64,000 nt of DNA from an uncultured Methanoregulaceae archaeon. Its GTDB lineage: Archaea > Halobacteriota > Methanomicrobia > Methanomicrobiales > Methanospirillaceae. The notes below the pieces were generated by a model. That model was not told where the DNA came from. It saw only the letters and a program-made list of their open reading frames with translations, and did not search any database. The translations under genes and the position numbers were made by a program. This document shows positions 60,035-64,000 of the stretch, piece after piece (the first letter of the stretch is position 1; each line of letters opens with the position of its first letter). The stretch covers positions 2,016,001 through 2,080,000 of the forward strand of contig CAVTTL010000001.1 in the NCBI GenBank assembly GCA_963737635.1, in the 5' to 3' direction.

Positions 60035-60847
60035 ATGGCAGAAGAAGAAAATCATGCCGCGGACATGGGCAAGACAGCCGGTGTCCGGAAAAGGGAAAAA
60101 GGGATGCGGGTCGTTATCACCGGGAAGGGAGGTGCCGGCAAGACTACACTCACGGCGCTCCTTGCCAACCTGTTTGCACAGGAGGGAAAATGTGTCCTTG
60201 CAATTGACGGCGATCCCCGGCAGCACCTTGCAGCGGCGCTTGGGATACTCCCCTCCACGGCGACAGGCATTGTCCCGGTAACGGGGGGTGCCAGCGACCA
60301 TCAGGAGGCCCGGGATATCGTCGATCGGTTCTCGGTGCCGGCTGGTAGGAATGTCCGTCTCGTGGTCACAGGAGGCACAAAAGAAGATGAAGAGGGCCGC
60401 CTCTGTCCGGGATATACCCTGCTTGCGGCACTTCTTCGGAACCTAAAGGCCAATAATAATGAGGTCATTATTCTCGATACGCCTGCTGGTCTCGAACACT
60501 TCGGAAAGGCGGTTGTAGAAGGGGTCACCTGCGCGGTGGTCGTAACTGATCACTCGTATAACGCAGTTTCCGTTGCCCGGAAATCGGCGGCTCTCGCCCG
60601 GCAGCTAGGGATCGGAAATGTCATTCTTGTCATCAACCGGGCGCAGAATGAGACCGGGATTCGCAATACTTGCGGAAGCGAGGGAGGCATTGCAGAGTTC
60701 TCGCAGACTATTGTCCTTCCGTTCGAACCCGGGGCCAACCTGAAAGAATCCCTGACTGACAGCACTTCGGTTTTTACAAAAGGTGTCAGTACCTTGATGG
60801 CGGCAATTGCTGGCCGGTGTGAAAGCTGGTCGCCTCCCATTCGCTAA
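60035..60847 (+). CDS. CooC-like ATPase (degenerate)
   Basis: ITGKGGAGKTT, IDGDP, LDTPAGLEHFG; metal motif reads GRLCP. Confidence 0.82.
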   Translation: MAEEENHAADMGKTAGVRKREKGMRVVITGKGGAGKTTLTALLANLFAQEGKCVLAIDGDPRQHLAAALGILPSTATGIVPVTGGASDHQEARDIVDRFSVPAGRNVRLVVTGGTKEDEEGRLCPGYTLLAALLRNLKANNNEVIILDTPAGLEHFGKAVVEGVTCAVVVTDHSYNAVSVARKSAALARQLGIGNVILVINRAQNETGIRNTCGSEGGIAEFSQTIVLPFEPGANLKESLTDSTSVFTKGVSTLMAAIAGRCESWSPPIR

Positions 60848-61004
60848 AAAATTCATCGGGCGGGAATGTTTCCTGCGGCTGAAGTGGATTCGGCAGGAGA
60901 CTAATCAAGTGCAAAGGTTTTCCATCTTCCGCAACCATTCGTGACCTGCTTGTTTATGGCAGACGAAAACCAACACTTGTTACCAAAATATTGGACTACA
61001 GTTG

Positions 61005-61889
61005 ATGAAACAGCCCGATCCTCCCCAGGCCCACCGCGCGGTATTCTCAGTTTCCACGCTTTCCCCCCGGTTCCCTGTATCTTATGAAGTTCAGGCCGGG
61101 GCACTCTGGATCCTTGTTGCCGGCCAAGGCATCGCAATTCAAGATGGCGACATCCCCCAGATCTTTTCGCAGACTCTACCGGATATTCATTTAGCCGGCC
61201 CTGTCGAATACCTCGGCCACCGGGGTGAGATCCCTTGCTATGCCGCAGGACTTGACGATGGCGCTCCGCTCCCTGAGGGCAGGGTTTTCGCGGGTCTTCG
61301 TGAGCTCTACGGTAGGATACCGGATGAGGATCTCGCTGTTGCATCTTTTGCGGTCCGGATGGTGGGGTCGGCAGCAACGAGCCGTTTCTGCGGCCGTTGT
61401 GGGCACGAGACCGAACCGGTCCCTTCCGAGCGGGCAAAGAGATGCCCGGAGTGCGGACTGGTAATCTATCCGCGCATTTCCCCGGCAGTTATTGTCCTTA
61501 TTATGCGGGGCGAAGAGATTCTGCTCGCCCACTCCCCCCGCTTTCCAGCCGGGATGCAAAGTGTTATCGCCGGTTTTGTAGAACCGGGAGAAACACTCGA
61601 AGATGCCGTTCGTCGCGAGGTACGGGAAGAAGTCGGTATTGTCATACAGAATATCCGTTATTTTGCAAGTGAACCTTGGCCGTTTCCCGATTCTCTCATG
61701 ATCGCGTTCGTTGCTGATTATGCGTCCGGTGAGATTACCATTGATAACAACGAAATCGTTGCGGCTGGCTGGTACAAACAGGATAATCTGCCGGTGCTTC
61801 CTGCACCGATGAGCATATCCCGGGCGCTCATCGACCGGTGGATACGAGGCGAAAGATTCGAGTCTTTGAATCAGGAGAAATACCCGTAG
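61005..61889 (+). CDS. nudC: NAD(H) diphosphatase
   Basis: FCGRCG..CPEC..YPRISPAVI, GFVEPGETLEDAVRREVREEVG, SEPWPFP. Confidence 0.94.
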   Translation: MKQPDPPQAHRAVFSVSTLSPRFPVSYEVQAGALWILVAGQGIAIQDGDIPQIFSQTLPDIHLAGPVEYLGHRGEIPCYAAGLDDGAPLPEGRVFAGLRELYGRIPDEDLAVASFAVRMVGSAATSRFCGRCGHETEPVPSERAKRCPECGLVIYPRISPAVIVLIMRGEEILLAHSPRFPAGMQSVIAGFVEPGETLEDAVRREVREEVGIVIQNIRYFASEPWPFPDSLMIAFVADYASGEITIDNNEIVAAGWYKQDNLPVLPAPMSISRALIDRWIRGERFESLNQEKYP

Positions 61890-61985
61890 TCACGGGATGT
61901 TTCCGGGCGCTGCAGCCGATAGGCAGAACCGCAGGCGATATAAACATAGATATAATATAAAGCCTTTAAATTCTGTTAGAGAGCA

Positions 61986-64000
61986 ATGGTGATGAATTCT
62001 GAACCATCAGGTACAGATGCGGACATCCCTGACAGGGAGAGCGCCATCGATGTCTTCATTCTCTGCAAAGATGACCGGGATTCCGAGGAGCTCGGCGGAC
62101 AGCTCGCACCGGAGGGATATCGGGTCACCCTTTTTTCCGACAGCACGGATCTGCTGATATCCCTCCGTGCAGGAAAACCCAACCTACTCATCTGTGACGT
62201 CACCGGACCGGGGCAGGATGGGTATGAGGTCTGCCGCGAGATAAAAGCCGACGAAGATCTCTGGAGGGTCCCGGTGCTTCTTGTCACCGGTGTTGCAAGC
62301 CTTGGTGATCTTCTGATTGTCCTTGACAGCAATGCGGACAACTTCCTCGCGCGGCCATACGATCCCCAGTACCTCCTTTCGTTGATCGAAACGATGCTCG
62401 TGTCCCCTATAGAAAAGCCGGATCCGGAGAAAATCAGGACACAATTCAAGATCCGGCACGAAGACCGCGATTACGTGATCATGGCGGATCGCAGAAAACT
62501 TCTAGAGTTCCTGCTCTCCTCATTCGAGATCGCGATCGACCGGGCCGGAGAGCTGGCACAAGTGCAAAACGCTCTGGACGGGCTCAAATCCACATTCGAA
62601 CGTCGTGTTGCAGAACGTACGAACGAGTTGGTCACAGAAACTGCCAGACTCCAAGTCTTGGTAAATGGAAAGACGCACGAACTGGAAAGCGCTGCAAAAG
62701 TGCTGGAAAGTCAGAAAAGGGAAGAGGAGACCCTGCGCTCCCGTATTGACGACCGGGAAAGAGCTATTGCCACAAATCAAGACGAAATCAGCCGGCTTTC
62801 GCACGAACTCGAATCGACCCGGGCCCGGCTTGCAGAAGCTGAAGACACAACCCGAACACTCGGGACTGAGAAAGATGAACTTGAGCAGGCTCTCCGCGGC
62901 GACGCCGATGCTTTGAATCGCGATCTCGGCCAGACAAAAAATGACTTGGAAGAGGCAAAAAAAGAACTCGCGGTTCTCTCAGAAAACAAGATCGCCTTGG
63001 AGACGCAGGTTGCCGAGTTCACCCGTACCCATGAAGAGGCCCAGAAAACACTTGGCGCCCGGTTGGTCGAGATCGGGCAGGCTAAGAGTACGCTTGCCGG
63101 AGAGAAAAACCGGGCCGACGCCGCCGAAATGGAAGTTAAATCCATCCTGCAGGAAAAGGCACGGGCGGAGCAGGATCTCCGGCAGATGGTTGAAGATATT
63201 ACCGAAAAAGCAAAGCAGCAATCGCAGGAGTGCCTGCAGCTTGCCGACGATCTTGCCGCAGAAAAAGACCTAACAGTAGCAGCGGAACAGCAGTGCAGTG
63301 TACTTGCGCAGGAATCTGCAAAAAAAGAGGCTGCATTTGTCGCGGAAAAAAGTACGCTTGTAGAGCATCGTGAGGGGCTTCAGCAGAAATACGATGCATT
63401 GACGGCGTCGTTCGGCGCCGAGCAGCAGAAGTGCTCGTCATTGGAAACAGAAATTGTCCGCATAACAACAGCTGAGGAGCAAGCTGATCGGGGGATGCAG
63501 GCCATACAGGAAGATCTCCGTAGGGCAATTGCCGCGGGAGATGAGGAACGACGCCTGCGCACCGCGGCTGAAACGAGCGCGGCGGAGGTCGCAAAAATAA
63601 AAGATGAGGAAATGCAGGCTCTCAGGAACGATCTTGCCTCAGTCCGCGCCGAGATCGAGACTGCGCAATCCGATCTCGTGCAGGCAAAGCAGGAACGAGA
63701 TGATGCCCTTGGCGCGAGCAGAGGTCTCAGGGACGACCTGGCCGCTGCCGTCCTCGCAGGTGCAGAAGCGGACAAGCTGGCCCGCTCAGCTTCATCCGAA
63801 ATAGAACAGATCCGGGAAGAACTGGAGACCGAACGGCGCCTGCATCATGCAACCCAGGAGAAACACGCTGAGGTGATCCAGGCAAAGGAAAAGGCCGAGT
63901 GCGAATGGGGTGCCACCGGTGAAAAGATTGCGGCAAAAGAACGCGAACTTCTTGCAAACATTCGCATCCTCGCTGACACCCTTGAAACCGAGCATGATGC
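61986..64000 (+). CDS. Atypical receiver-domain protein with very long coiled coil (3' end outside the window)
   Basis: Frame read from ATG 61986: PNLLICDVTGPGQDGYEVCREIK, VPVLLVT, ADNFLARPYD, then E/A/K-rich heptads; absent from the ORF track, consistent with no stop before the edge. Confidence 0.85.
   Translation, partial: MVMNSEPSGTDADIPDRESAIDVFILCKDDRDSEELGGQLAPEGYRVTLFSDSTDLLISLRAGKPNLLICDVTGPGQDGYEVCREIKADEDLWRVPVLLVTGVASLGDLLIVLDSNADNFLARPYDPQYLLSLIETMLVSPIEKPDPEKIRTQFKIRHEDRDYVIMADRRKLLEFLLSSFEIAIDRAGELAQVQNALDGLKSTFERRVAERTNELVTETARLQVLVNGKTHELESAAKVLESQKREEETLRSRIDDRERAIATNQDEISRLSHELESTRARLAEAEDTTRTLGTEKDELEQALRGDADALNRDLGQTKNDLEEAKKELAVLSENKIALETQVAEFTRTHEEAQKTLGARLVEIGQAKSTLAGEKNRADAAEMEVKSILQEKARAEQDLRQMVEDITEKAKQQSQECLQLADDLAAEKDLTVAAEQQCSVLAQESAKKEAAFVAEKSTLVEHREGLQQKYDALTASFGAEQQKCSSLETEIVRITTAEEQADRGMQAIQEDLRRAIAAGDEERRLRTAAETSAAEVAKIKDEEMQALRNDLASVRAEIETAQSDLVQAKQERDDALGASRGLRDDLAAAVLAGAEADKLARSASSEIEQIREELETERRLHHATQEKHAEVIQAKEKAECEWGATGEKIAAKERELLANIRILADTLETEHD

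Noticed and set aside
1-64000. CRISPR arrays, rRNA, intact IS elements, Sec/Pyl readthrough
   Set aside because: I saw no repeat-spacer arrays, rRNA-like tracts or transposases; the gene breaks I examined are frameshifts, not in-frame TGA/TAG.

Overview
Archaeal methanogen chromosome segment. Gene content and style point to Methanomicrobiales, most like Methanoregula; this is inferred, not searched. In order, the window holds: a hybrid PAS histidine kinase; a six-gene Ehr/Hyf-like complex-I-related operon plus a GNAT; an accessory redox/stress block (TrmB, SnoaL, CDGSH, two Rieske ferredoxins, peroxiredoxin, AlkA, QueG-like, ArsR) ending at tRNA-Glu; ilvE; a decayed integrase-headed islet (methyltransferases, EFR1 ferredoxin, MarR, SemiSWEET, alpha/beta hydrolase); the F430 genes cfbA-E-D-B; an orphan archaellin; marker-9/DUS, citG and DUF447; an HTH plus GWCP-motif (DUF1673-like) locus; hypCAE; tRNA-Ser; RaSEA; cobalamin genes; cdrS-ftsZ; and housekeeping genes (alba, asd, dapAB, rps17e, priL, PCNA, rlmE, moaA, nudC). 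A receiver/coiled-coil gene runs off the right edge. Main observations: (1) the Ehr complex appears to have lost every canonical redox-cofactor ligand, including all four N2-cluster cysteines of the small subunit; (2) an HTH/GWCP-protein locus carries a repeated GTCAAC-N8-GTTGAC operator and a captured promoter; (3) phased 11-bp repeats precede cdrS; (4) a structured leader of about 280 nt precedes the coiled-coil gene; (5) nine single-base frameshifts in conserved genes cluster at AGCT/CCGG and are probably read errors that may reflect DNA methylation. All calls come from motif reading by eye; no database search was run.
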